From positions 352,001-416,000 of the forward strand of contig CAWEQH010000004.1 of assembly GCA_963811165.1 (NCBI GenBank): a DNA stretch of 64,000 nt. The letters are read 5' to 3'. This document shows positions 21,325-30,376 of the stretch, one piece after another. The notes beneath the pieces were generated by a model. It was not told where the DNA came from. It worked only from the letters and a program-made list of their open reading frames with translations, and made no database searches. The stretch comes from an uncultured Nitrospiraceae bacterium (GTDB lineage Bacteria > Nitrospirota > Thermodesulfovibrionia > Thermodesulfovibrionales > UBA6898). The position numbers were made by a program, and so were the translations under genes. Numbering within the stretch: the stretch's first letter is position 1; the number at the start of each line of letters is the position of its first letter.

Positions 21325-21429
21325 AGCAATGACCATGCCGGAATAAAACATGCTGATTTATTGAGTTTTTTATAACAAAGGCATCTACTTGTCTGCAAAT
21401 ATTGCGCTAAATTGGGTGCAATATTTGCG
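21325..21429 (-). promoter_or_regulatory. Sigma54 promoter plus two enhancer-like palindromes
   Basis: CGGCATGGTCATTGCT (21325..21340, minus); TGCAAATATTGCG (21394..21406) and TGCAATATTTGCG (21417..21429). Confidence 0.7.
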
Positions 21430-21437
21430 TCACGACA

Positions 21438-22769
21438 TCATGTCATGCCGTATTCCTTAATCTTGTAGTGAAGAGACCTTAGAGATATGCCGAGCATCTC
21501 AGCCGCCCTCTTTCTGTTCCCACCAGCCTGTGAAAGGGCATTCTTTATCGCTTCTTTTTCGATGGCCTTCAAATCCCTACCGATCATTTGCTTGGGACCT
21601 GGTTCAGAAATATGACCTACGCCGGAGATTTGCAACTCCGGGCCTTTACTCACAATGATGGCACGCTCAATGACATTTTCCAGTTCGCGTATGTTACCCG
21701 GCCAAGGATATTCCATCATCTCTTTCATGGCCCCGGAGGGAATGGCCTTCGTCTCCCTTCCGATCCTTCTTGAGATAGTGTCGACGAGATAATGAGTAAT
21801 ATTTTCAAAATGCGCCTTGCGTTCTCTCAACGGCGGAACCGAGATGGGGAAGACGTTCAAACGATAAAAAAGGTCTTCCCTGAACTTCTCTTCCCGTACC
21901 ATCTGCTTCAGATCCCTATTCGTTGCCGCGATAATCCGTGCATTTGTTTTAATCGTAGTGAGTGAACCGAGTCGTTCAAAGGTTCTTTCTTGAATGATCC
22001 TTAGGAGCTTAGCCTGCAGGGTCAGGCTCATCTCCGATAATTCGTCAAGCAGTATAGTGCCGTCATTGGCAAGCTCAAATTTGCCCTTTTTCTGGGCCAT
22101 GGCGCCTGTGAATGCGCCCTTTTCATGACCGAAGAGCTCCGACTCGAGCAGGGTTTCAGGAATGGCGGCACAGTTGATATCCACGAAGGGTCCCCGTCTT
22201 CCGCTCAGGCGATGCAGGATCTTTGCCACAAGCGTCTTGCCTGTTCCCGTTTCGCCGTAAAGCATAACCGTAGCATCCGTCTGAGCAACATCCTTTACCT
22301 CTTTTAACACGCTGTCCATTCCTGCAAACACGATATCGAGGGAAGGAATATCTTGAAAAAGTGCCGATTTCAGGAGGGCATTCTCGCTGAGGAGAGCCTG
22401 ATGCTCAAAGACTTTGGCCACCGCAATCCTAAGCTGATCAGGGTCTTTGAGGGGCTTGGTAATGTAGTCCACAGCGCCTTTTTTCATAGCTGTGACCGCT
22501 GTCTCGACAGTGGCAAAGGCAGTAACCATGATGAAATCGACTTCGCTTCTTCTTCTGACCTCTTCCATGAATCGGATGCCGTCCATCTTCGGCATTTTCA
22601 AATCAGAAATGATCAGATTGGGATCGAAGGAATCCAGGAATTTCAATGCGTCTTCGGGATCAGAGCGTCCTTTGACTGTATATCCCTCACCCTCAAGAAT
22701 TTTTGTCATCAGGAGAAGAAAGGATTTCTCATCATCCACAATAAGTATCCTGAAATTCTCTTTATTCAT
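21438..22769 (-). CDS. Sigma54-dependent response regulator (NtrC/ZraR family)
   Basis: REC domain, GETGTGKT, GAFTGA, WPGNIRELEN, Fis-type HTH. Confidence 0.95.
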   Translation of the reverse strand: MNKENFRILIVDDEKSFLLLMTKILEGEGYTVKGRSDPEDALKFLDSFDPNLIISDLKMPKMDGIRFMEEVRRRSEVDFIMVTAFATVETAVTAMKKGAVDYITKPLKDPDQLRIAVAKVFEHQALLSENALLKSALFQDIPSLDIVFAGMDSVLKEVKDVAQTDATVMLYGETGTGKTLVAKILHRLSGRRGPFVDINCAAIPETLLESELFGHEKGAFTGAMAQKKGKFELANDGTILLDELSEMSLTLQAKLLRIIQERTFERLGSLTTIKTNARIIAATNRDLKQMVREEKFREDLFYRLNVFPISVPPLRERKAHFENITHYLVDTISRRIGRETKAIPSGAMKEMMEYPWPGNIRELENVIERAIIVSKGPELQISGVGHISEPGPKQMIGRDLKAIEKEAIKNALSQAGGNRKRAAEMLGISLRSLHYKIKEYGMT

Positions 22770-24048
22770 ATCGGCCCTTATTCAGTACCACGGGCAGCTC
22801 TATCCTGAAAACCGCTCCATTGGCTGGTTTGCTCTCGAGTCTTATGCGCCCTCCAAGAACCTTTGTGAGCTTGTCGACGATCGCAAGCCCCAGGCCCGTT
22901 CCTTTCGCCTTCGTAGTAAAAAATGAGGTGAAAGCCATGGACTTCGTCTTTTCGTCCATGCCGCACCCGTTATCGCTAATTATTATAATGATTTTATCTC
23001 CCGCCTGTTGTGCAGCAAGTTCGATAAGGCCCCCCTCATTCACCGCATCGGCAGCGTTCTGGAGTATGTTGGAAAGTATCTGCTTCAACTTTTCCCTGTC
23101 CGATACAATCATCGTGTCCACAGGGATTGTTGTATTGACCGTTATGACGGTCTTTTTCACTCGGTCCGATTCTTCTAATACTTTTACCGATTCATTAACC
23201 AACTCACGCAGACTGAATTCTTCTATCCTGACTTCTGAAGGTTTCGCATACAGAAGCAGTTCCTCCGTCAAACGTTCGAGTCTTCTTGCTTCATCAACAA
23301 TAACACCGAGCTCTTCTTTGCCTGTCTCACTTTTTTCCGTAAGATACTGGGCGAAGCCCTTGATACTCCCGAGAGGATTCCTGATTTCATGAGCAAGAAC
23401 TGCCGCCATTTCTCCGATAACGGCAAGTCGCTCTCTTTCCGCCATCATCGCAGTGAGTTTGTCGGACCGCCTCAATGCCTTGATAAAGAAAAAAACCATG
23501 CCCCACAGGACGACGACTGTGATAAAGATACTTATGGCCTGGAGCCTGGCCTGCCGCGTAATGTTCTGTGCTGGATAGGGATGAAGGGCAAGTCTCAGGA
23601 CCTTGACCGAATCCGGCGTATGTATCGGATAATTGAGAATGAAGATCTCCTCGCCGGTCCCAAGAGTCATGCGGCCGAATACCGGCTTTCCCTCTCCAGC
23701 GGAACGTTTGATGTCCGGCGAATCAATGCGTCGTCCCACCAGATTTTTATTGGAGTGAAGAAGGGTCAGCCCGCTCTTGTCATAGAGCGCGATAAAGGCA
23801 ATGCCCTCCCAGGACGAATCTGCGACAATCTCCTTAAAGATGCCTTCTTTTAAATGTGCCTCCTGCAAGGAAGGTTCGAGACTCACCGCCATGCCCAGTG
23901 CCTCAAGCTTAAGGGATTCTTCTGCCGCCTTAAGTGAATTCCGGTAGATGATAAAAGTGCTAAGCAGCGTCGTAAAGGATGCGACTGCTATAATAATGAT
24001 GAAATAAATATGGGTTTTCTTAGGTCTCTTTTCTCCTGCGTCGGACAT
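22762..24048 (-). CDS. Membrane sensor histidine kinase (ZraS-like)
   Basis: 2 TM, AHEIRNPL, GTGLGL; overlaps the regulator start. Confidence 0.92.
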   Translation of the reverse strand: MSDAGEKRPKKTHIYFIIIIAVASFTTLLSTFIIYRNSLKAAEESLKLEALGMAVSLEPSLQEAHLKEGIFKEIVADSSWEGIAFIALYDKSGLTLLHSNKNLVGRRIDSPDIKRSAGEGKPVFGRMTLGTGEEIFILNYPIHTPDSVKVLRLALHPYPAQNITRQARLQAISIFITVVVLWGMVFFFIKALRRSDKLTAMMAERERLAVIGEMAAVLAHEIRNPLGSIKGFAQYLTEKSETGKEELGVIVDEARRLERLTEELLLYAKPSEVRIEEFSLRELVNESVKVLEESDRVKKTVITVNTTIPVDTMIVSDREKLKQILSNILQNAADAVNEGGLIELAAQQAGDKIIIIISDNGCGMDEKTKSMAFTSFFTTKAKGTGLGLAIVDKLTKVLGGRIRLESKPANGAVFRIELPVVLNKGRYE

Positions 24049-24248
24049 ATATTTGAATTATAGACCAAAAAGTTCAATTTGACTCAAGCCGCCTCTTGCT
24101 CTCCGAATAGAGACAAAAATTCTGGCAACTGGCGATAAATTGAACGCGCCAAACGTTGCCATGGTCTCATTTAATCGACTCCAGTTCCCTCACCCCTTAA
24201 ACGACTCCAGCGCCTCCTTAATGACACGCATCCGGACAGCCCATATAC

Positions 24249-24941
24249 CTACTGCAGCGAAGCGCCGGTCTCATTTGTTTCAGTGCAAAGACCGGCCTTC
24301 TTTGCTTCTTTTAAATGTTCGCAATTCCCGAATTTACAAGCTTGTTTCCAGTCCGAACACGCCAACTCCGCATGGAGACTCCCCCGGATGTCATACACTG
24401 CGGCGCTGCCCGATTGGATCTGGAGCGACCTGTTAAGGTCCAAAAGAGCAAGGTCGAATTGCCCTCTTATGGCATAAGTAATCCCACGATTGTATAAGAC
24501 CTTTGAAGCGTTGGGATCTATACCGAGGGACTTTGTGAAATCGGCGATGGCAAGGTCGTATTGGCCCTTCTTTGAGTAAGTAATTCCCCTATTATTGTAT
24601 GTCTCCGCGGACATTGGAGCGATGTCGAGCGCTTTATTGAATTCTGAAAGGGCGAGATCGTATTGGCCTTTTTCCGAATAGGCAACGCCCCGTTCATTGC
24701 AGCCTTTAGCTTCAAGGACGTCCCGGTCGAGTGCCCCATCGATGTCGCGTGCCGAATCAAGCATCGGTTTCTGAGAAGTTTCGCCGAGGGATGCAACTTC
24801 AACAGGCGTCCCGAAGGTCTTCATGTTTGCCTCTTGCGCAGAACTGCTTGCCGAGCCTATCGATAACAGTATGGCCTGCAACAAAATAACGCAGAGTATG
24901 TTTCTGCGCATTATACTTTGCGTGAGCTGACACTTATGCAT
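24249..24941 (-). CDS. Exported TPR-repeat protein
   Basis: Signal peptide; repeated YNNRGITY..KGQYDLA TPR units. Confidence 0.88.
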   Translation of the reverse strand: MHKCQLTQSIMRRNILCVILLQAILLSIGSASSSAQEANMKTFGTPVEVASLGETSQKPMLDSARDIDGALDRDVLEAKGCNERGVAYSEKGQYDLALSEFNKALDIAPMSAETYNNRGITYSKKGQYDLAIADFTKSLGIDPNASKVLYNRGITYAIRGQFDLALLDLNRSLQIQSGSAAVYDIRGSLHAELACSDWKQACKFGNCEHLKEAKKAGLCTETNETGASLQ

Positions 24942-25290
24942 AGTAAGAACTCCTTTTGCGGATCTCTACAGCAGGGGGCTTCGCATATATGTCCCCGCAA
25001 TTTATCAAGCGGTAAACACCTCGTCGCAACCGGAGGGCACTGGCCTGACGAGGCGTTTATCGCAGCGCCTCAACGGCGCATTCATTAATTTCTTATATGG
25101 CAAGACGATGAATGCAAGTAGTCGGTTACAATATTTCCCCCTTACCGGTGGGGAAAATAATTCTTCAGGACAAACATGATTCGAAAATATTTTCTGCTGT
25201 TACCGCCTTTCGTATATGAGTTGAGATGCTCTTAGCAACTCCAAAGGCTGAAACAAGCATTCGGTTGCATTTTTTTCGGGACTGCACCGA

Positions 25291-25509
25291 TTATGAAGAA
25301 ACGTCATTTGCTGCATGAAACACCCTCTTTCTCAGGGGATAGTTAGCCATCGCCATATCGTTTTCGTAGAGATATTCCGATAGGGTAGGGCAGAGTCTGA
25401 AGGTCTTCTTAAAACAGTATGTTTCCATCCTCTCAATGCTTGGAACATACCTTGATTCCGATGCACTGCAGGTTCCGATGTAGCCTTCGTCAAAGTAGGG
25501 GCAGCTCAT
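25291..25509 (-). CDS. Small Cys-rich protein (MSCPYF family, paralog 2)
   Basis: RBS GGGAGG; MSCPYFDEGYIGTCSASESRYVP...YCFK...CPTL. Confidence 0.8.
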   Translation of the reverse strand: MSCPYFDEGYIGTCSASESRYVPSIERMETYCFKKTFRLCPTLSEYLYENDMAMANYPLRKRVFHAANDVSS

Positions 25510-25564
25510 ACGTACCTCCCGTAAAACTGAATTGAAAATGATCTTATGGCGAAATAGTAACATC

Positions 25565-25592
25565 CAATTATGAACATAATTTGAATTTGTGA
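25565..25592 (-). promoter_or_regulatory. Conserved upstream box, copy 2
   Basis: Identical to 344..371. Confidence 0.65.
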
Positions 25593-25661
25593 ACGGGATA
25601 AGGGAAACTTTCGATTAAATCTATTTAACCTGATGCGGGTGGGCACACTCGACCCGTCCTC

Positions 25662-26630
25662 TCAACTTCGAAACGCCTCCATCGCCTCCTTAACGACCGC
25701 ATCCGGACAGTCCGTGTATCTGGGTGAGATATGCGACACAAAAAGGTTTTTCACCCCGGCATCCTTCGCGATAAGTCCGCATGTCTTTGCGGTAAGATGG
25801 GACCTTTCTTTTGCCCGCTCCCTGTCTTTATCGAGGAAATAGGCTTCACAATAAAAGGCGTGGGAGCCCCTCGCAAGTTCCGAAAGACGGGCGATATTCT
25901 TTACGGTTGCGGCAACGTCGGTGGCGAACGTGATCTTCTGCCCCTCCGTGATGTGAGCGATATCCCAGAGCCTGTCCATGCGGTAATGTTTCCCCGATAT
26001 CTCCACGGTGCTTTCAGCGGGTGCATTTCTTCTCAGTGCCTTCTTAAATTCACTGAGCCACGGGCCTACCTCCAGGTCCTTTCTCATCAGACGGTCTTTG
26101 TCGATATTAATATGGGACTCTTCCTCGATCGAATATGCCAGACACGGGGTGCCGTGCGACAGCCTCGCCGCCTTTACCCGAAACAGGGGGTCTTCAAGCA
26201 GTGTTCCGTCCGAAACCGACTCCGAGACATCCTCCCGCTTGAACCCGTCATGCGCCTTAAAAGCGGAATGGGCCAGGAACTTGCCGTCATAGGCAAAAAC
26301 GTGTATCTCAAGCGGGTAGTCCCTGATGAGGTTCCATGTGTATCCTCTTAGCTTGCCTGCGACGCAGCGCGTAATGTTTCGGGGGCCGTATATATTTAAC
26401 GGGATTTCCCTTCTCAGGACGGCCCGTAAGAGGGAGTCGAACCCGATGAAGTGGTCGATATGGGTATGGGTCACGAAGACATCGGTGATCTTGTAAATCT
26501 CAGACGGGGCCAGCCCGCTTATGTCCCCCAAATCGAATTGCACGGCCCGTTTTTCCCTTAGTATCCTGATAAAGAGGGCGGGGTCTCCGAAGAGGTCGTT
26601 TATCAGTCTATACCGGAATATCGGTTCCAT
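25662..26630 (-). CDS. Ribonuclease Z-like metallo-beta-lactamase fold hydrolase
   Basis: THTHIDH motif, exosite-like VGPWL segment, CEA, HLT, HISPRY. Confidence 0.88.
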   Translation of the reverse strand: MEPIFRYRLINDLFGDPALFIRILREKRAVQFDLGDISGLAPSEIYKITDVFVTHTHIDHFIGFDSLLRAVLRREIPLNIYGPRNITRCVAGKLRGYTWNLIRDYPLEIHVFAYDGKFLAHSAFKAHDGFKREDVSESVSDGTLLEDPLFRVKAARLSHGTPCLAYSIEEESHINIDKDRLMRKDLEVGPWLSEFKKALRRNAPAESTVEISGKHYRMDRLWDIAHITEGQKITFATDVAATVKNIARLSELARGSHAFYCEAYFLDKDRERAKERSHLTAKTCGLIAKDAGVKNLFVSHISPRYTDCPDAVVKEAMEAFRS

Positions 26631-26687
26631 AAGTAATTATAGAGTATTATGTGTACAATATCGGACGTTTCGGCTGTGTTAAGAGTT

Positions 26688-27069
26688 TCATATAATACCT
26701 CCTCCCAACCCGATAGCAATTCCAAAAACCATTACTGATACAATAATCTGTATTGTACGCATAGTGACCTTCTTGACCAACCGATTCCCTAAGAATGCTC
26801 CCAAGAATGCGGAGACGACAGCCGCAGGCAAAAGGAAACTGCTGTTGCCGATACCTGCCGGCGAAAAGTGGTACTGTAGATGAGTAGTCTCGAAAAATCC
26901 ACCAAACAGGCTATGACAACACCCGTTGCAACAAATCGTTCTTTAGATGACCCGCTTCTGATGAGAAATGCACTGCGCAAAGCCCCCTGATGTCCCGAAA
27001 GTCCACCGAAAAAACCACTCAATATCCCGCCAAGCGGCAGATACTTTTTTTCAAACGATATTTTTTCAA
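26688..27069 (-). pseudogene. TauE/SafE (TSUP) transporter C-terminal remnant
   Basis: [23 protein letters not shown]...ATGVVIACLVDFSRL; no N-terminus; internal frameshift. Confidence 0.75.
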
Positions 27070-27306
27070 ATGTCGGCAAACATCTCTAAGGCAGCAGCAG
27101 GAAAGGCTCTGGATTCTTTTGTTGACGGCATCAAGAAGACCCTGAAGAAAGGCAACAAGGTAACGCTGGTAGGATTTGGAACCTTCTCAGTTGCAAAAAG
27201 GGCTGCACGGAAGGGTAGGAATCCCAGGACGGGAGAAGTAATCAGAATAAAGGCTTCCAAGTCTCCTAAATTCAAGGCTGGGAAGACATTCAAGGACGCT
27301 ATCTAA
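27070..27306 (+). pseudogene. hup: HU DNA-binding protein lacking about 12 N-terminal residues
   Basis: [25 protein letters not shown]; 5' end abuts the TauE remnant; no RBS. Confidence 0.8.
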
Positions 27307-27316
27307 GATCCTTCCG

Positions 27317-27727
27317 ATGCATTGGGATTTTACGCCTGAAGATGTCCTGAACGGTAAAGCTCATTATAACGTTGCCCAATTCAGGGATGATCTGCTCAAG
27401 GAAATAAGGGAAACAGTAGGACAACACCGAGACGGGGAGAAATTTACCAAGTTCTATTCCATCATAACTGTCATGCTTCTGACATCCCTTGCTCTCGGTA
27501 AATCCACGGATGGCTTTGTTGCCTCCGTGCAGAAATATTTTCCAAGTAAGGAACTGCAACAACAACTTACGAAACGTGAACTGCTAGACCAGATACAGGA
27601 TACCAACAAGGAAAACATTGAAATGCTGAAGGCTGTCATTCGCAGACGTATTCAGGATGATACAGCTATCGGGATTGAATCTAGCTGCGTTACCAAAACC
27701 ATTACATCGGAGCTGATGACGTTTTAA
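27317..27727 (+). CDS. Hypothetical protein
   Basis: 136-aa ORF with helical, protein-like composition. Confidence 0.65.
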   Translation: MHWDFTPEDVLNGKAHYNVAQFRDDLLKEIRETVGQHRDGEKFTKFYSIITVMLLTSLALGKSTDGFVASVQKYFPSKELQQQLTKRELLDQIQDTNKENIEMLKAVIRRRIQDDTAIGIESSCVTKTITSELMTF

Positions 27728-28112
27728 GTAATACTTTGCCTGAAAGAAGGTCTAGTTGTTGACCATTCTTTAAAAGTAATTCTGCTTTTGTTATATGCCA
27801 ATTCCTCTTTTCTGTATTTAATTCTAAAAAGGCTTTACCATCATGATTCGATCCGTGAACAACAAAAGTAAACTTTGCTTTCCCTTCAGCGCTGCGATTA
27901 TTATGCACCTCAAAACTATCAAAAGCGGCCAATGCTATTTTTTGAGGTTTACCCACATTATCTTTCACCCTGCTGTTATTCATTAAAAATTGTATTGAAA
28001 ATAGATATGGTTCTGATCGTAAAACCATGAAGCGGCTGTAAAGTTGAAGCAATGTAAACGTAACAATGACTATGAGAAGAACAATGCTTCCTTTGCGAGA
28101 TAATATTTTCAT
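27702..28112 (-). CDS. Membrane-anchored hypothetical protein (Coa1-like)
   Basis: N-terminal TM; SEPY..., V...VG.P, G.AKF.F.V.G...G, W.I pattern. Confidence 0.6.
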   Translation of the reverse strand: MKILSRKGSIVLLIVIVTFTLLQLYSRFMVLRSEPYLFSIQFLMNNSRVKDNVGKPQKIALAAFDSFEVHNNRSAEGKAKFTFVVHGSNHDGKAFLELNTEKRNWHITKAELLLKNGQQLDLLSGKVLLKTSSAPM

Positions 28113-28187
28113 AATTCCTTCAGGGGTATGATACCAAATTGTTTAGCCGCTGGGTTGCAAAACACTCAAAATATTCTCAAAATATTC

Positions 28188-28216
28188 TTGACATCCTTCC
28201 AGGAAAGGAATATAAA
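28188..28216 (+). promoter_or_regulatory. Sigma70 promoter of ncRNA copy B
   Basis: TTGACA-17 bp-TATAAA, preceded by a CTCAAAATATT x2 direct repeat. Confidence 0.8.
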
Positions 28217-28221
28217 TAAAT

Positions 28222-28565
28222 TGAAGGCAGACTTCACCAAGTGGTGGTTTTGCTCTTCTCAGTTCAGCATTAAAGGTTTAGGACTGAAGAACGTTATGCC
28301 TGGATGAAGAAAAGTTCTGGCAAATGTTCACAAGGTGCTTAAACCGCTGGGCAAGGGAAGAAGCAAACACCACTTTTAAGCAGAAGGAAGTCAATGCCTT
28401 GGAATGGGTTAAGGCTTAGAACTAAGTCAATTGGTTAGGAAGCGGGAGCAAGATGTGGTGAGCAAGCCCCCAGCAGCAAGGGGGAAGCCTAAAGCATCTG
28501 CCGAAGCATCCACTAAAAAAGACTCTAAGGATACCCAGCACCAAGGTGTTGTACTTCTTTTTTTT
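28222..28565 (+). ncRNA. About 340-nt structured ncRNA with 6S-like core (copy B)
   Basis: Nested stems 28224-35/28387-400 and 28239-60/28355-75; second rod 28405..28537 carries the shared core; ends with hairpin and T-run. Confidence 0.72.
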
Positions 28566-28602
28566 GACCTATCAGAAACAACTTTTTTTCGGAGGCATTT
28601 CT

Positions 28603-28812
28603 ATGGCGGAAACAATAATCTATGGCAAGGCGGGTTGACCCTATACCGACAGGGCTAGGTCAGCCTACAACACAGCACAATATTTTGATGTGAAACAAGA
28701 CCCCATTAGACTTCAGGAAATGCTCCTGCATTCCAAAGGAGCCAGGAAAGTACCAGTCATTGTTGAAGGCGGCAAAGTATCAATAGGTTATGGGGGATCG
28801 TGAGGGGTTTGA
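28603..28812 (+). CDS. UXX-star type glutaredoxin-like selenoprotein with two Sec (69 aa)
   Basis: RBS GGAGG; MAETIIYGKAG-U-PYTDRARS...RKVPVIVEGGKVSIGYGGS-U-GV*; UGA at 28636 and 28801. Confidence 0.85.
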
Positions 28813-28831
28813 TCCCGATAGTTTGTCGGGA
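28813..28831 (+). promoter_or_regulatory. SECIS-like hairpin for the second UGA
   Basis: TCCCGATA-GTT-TGTCGGGA begins 10 nt after UGA 28801..28803. Confidence 0.6.
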
Positions 28832-28855
28832 AATAAATAACTGGAAGGAGAAAAG

Positions 28856-29131
28856 ATGGTTACTTCAATTATTCTCATGAATGTTGAAAGAACAAAAATC
28901 AACGAAGTAGCTGAACAACTGGCAGCAATGGATGGGATATCTGAAGTCTATTCAGTTAGTGGAAATTATGATCTGGTTGCAATTGCCCGTGTTCCATCAA
29001 CTGATGACCTTGCAAATCTTGTTACTAAAAAAATGGTCAGTATTAACGCCATTTTGAAATCAGAAACAATGCTAGCATTTAAGGCATTTTCACGTCACGA
29101 CCTTGAAGCAATGTTCTCTATCGGAGAGTAG
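28856..29131 (+). CDS. Lrp/AsnC ligand-binding domain protein
   Basis: EVYSVSGNYDLVA; no HTH. Confidence 0.88.
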   Translation: MVTSIILMNVERTKINEVAEQLAAMDGISEVYSVSGNYDLVAIARVPSTDDLANLVTKKMVSINAILKSETMLAFKAFSRHDLEAMFSIGE

Positions 29132-29155
29132 GGATGGGTATATCGGACTAACCCA

Positions 29156-29515
29156 TTACTTTTTCTTCTTCACCAGCCTATAGACAAGCCACACAATAGC
29201 AATAAAAATAATACCTGGCAGCAGTAAGAATGCCATAGGCATCAAAGGAAAAAACAACATAATAAACACGACAAAGACTATTGATAGCACCATAGCCAGG
29301 ATGAAGACGGATGGAATCAATAACACCAGCACCACCGCCAAGATAACCAAGCCCAAATACGCAGCAAGATAGCTGCCCACACTGGTTACATGCTTGCCAT
29401 TTATTGTTATTGTTGTGCCTGTCGAGAAGTTGATTACGGATACCAGCATCAACATGCCGATTACGATCAATAGTATTGTTTTCTTATTCATTATCATGCT
29501 TTTGATATGCTCCAA
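29156..29515 (-). CDS. Hypothetical membrane protein
   Basis: Very hydrophobic, basic C-terminus; start may be 29497. Confidence 0.7.
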   Translation of the reverse strand: MEHIKSMIMNKKTILLIVIGMLMLVSVINFSTGTTITINGKHVTSVGSYLAAYLGLVILAVVLVLLIPSVFILAMVLSIVFVVFIMLFFPLMPMAFLLLPGIIFIAIVWLVYRLVKKKK

Positions 29516-29733
29516 TTCTTGCCGACCCTAATCAAATGGCAATACTCTACCATAATTTTAAACGAGAGTTTACAACGGCTTTTTGAATTCATTGTGAAGA
29601 ATGCAAAAAATTATGCAGGTAATGAAAATAGCTGGTAAATTCTTCAAGTCTAGTAGTAAGTTCAAATTGTCTTCACAGTTAAGTGGTAACTTGTACGTCA
29701 TGAAAAGCGTCTTGAGTATCAAAGGAGGTATAC

Positions 29734-29925
29734 ATGAGTTGCCCTTATTTTGAAGAAGGATACATCGGCACCTGTGGTGCATCAGAAACTAAGTATGTTC
29801 CGAGAATTGAAAGGATGGAGCAATACTGTTTTAAGCAGACATACATACTATGCCCGATCTTGTCGGCATCAACAGCTTTAAATGTTAGGAGGTTCAATAA
29901 TGGCGACTATATTGGTTGTAGATGA
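29734..29925 (+). CDS. Small Cys-rich protein (MSCPYF family, paralog 3)
   Basis: RBS AAGGAGG; same Cys spacing; upstream box variant at 29661..29680. Confidence 0.8.
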   Translation: MSCPYFEEGYIGTCGASETKYVPRIERMEQYCFKQTYILCPILSASTALNVRRFNNGDYIGCR

Positions 29926-30331
29926 TGATGTTTTAGTCAGAAGCGTCCTGAAACGGATTCTGAACATGAATCGGCATGAAGTCATTGAAGCCCAGGATGG
30001 GCAGGAAGTCCTTGAACTCATTGATCCAAATGCCCTGCCTGACCTAATCCTAATGGATCACAAAATGCCAAAACTCAGTGGTGTAGACTGTGCCAGACAA
30101 CTAAAAAAACTATACCCTTTCCTAAAGATCGTCCTGATATCTGGTTGTTTTGCTGTTGATGACGATGGTTATCTTGCTGCCGTTAAATATTTGTTCACAG
30201 GCATTATTTTAAAACCATTCCAAATTAAAGATGTGGTCAGTGCTGTTCAATATGCTCTTGGTACTAAGCAGGAATATCCCGTCCGTTTGCTATCCCGACA
30301 CATAGCCCAGGAAATAACAGGGGGGTGGTGA
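29900..30331 (+). CDS. Single-domain response regulator
   Basis: ILVVDDD, LMDHKMP, KPF; RBS AGGAGG lies inside paralog 3. Confidence 0.9.
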   Translation: MATILVVDDDVLVRSVLKRILNMNRHEVIEAQDGQEVLELIDPNALPDLILMDHKMPKLSGVDCARQLKKLYPFLKIVLISGCFAVDDDGYLAAVKYLFTGIILKPFQIKDVVSAVQYALGTKQEYPVRLLSRHIAQEITGGW

Positions 30332-30376
30332 TGTTTCCGAACTATTGGGGCTTGGCTGTGGTAGATTAAATCAAGC

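Noticed and set aside
26968..27069. N-terminal extension of the HU ORF
   Set aside because: It is the antisense strand of the TauE remnant
28431..28658. 75-aa ORF in the track
   Set aside because: TTG start without RBS; overlaps the structured RNA, its terminator and the better-supported selenoprotein frame
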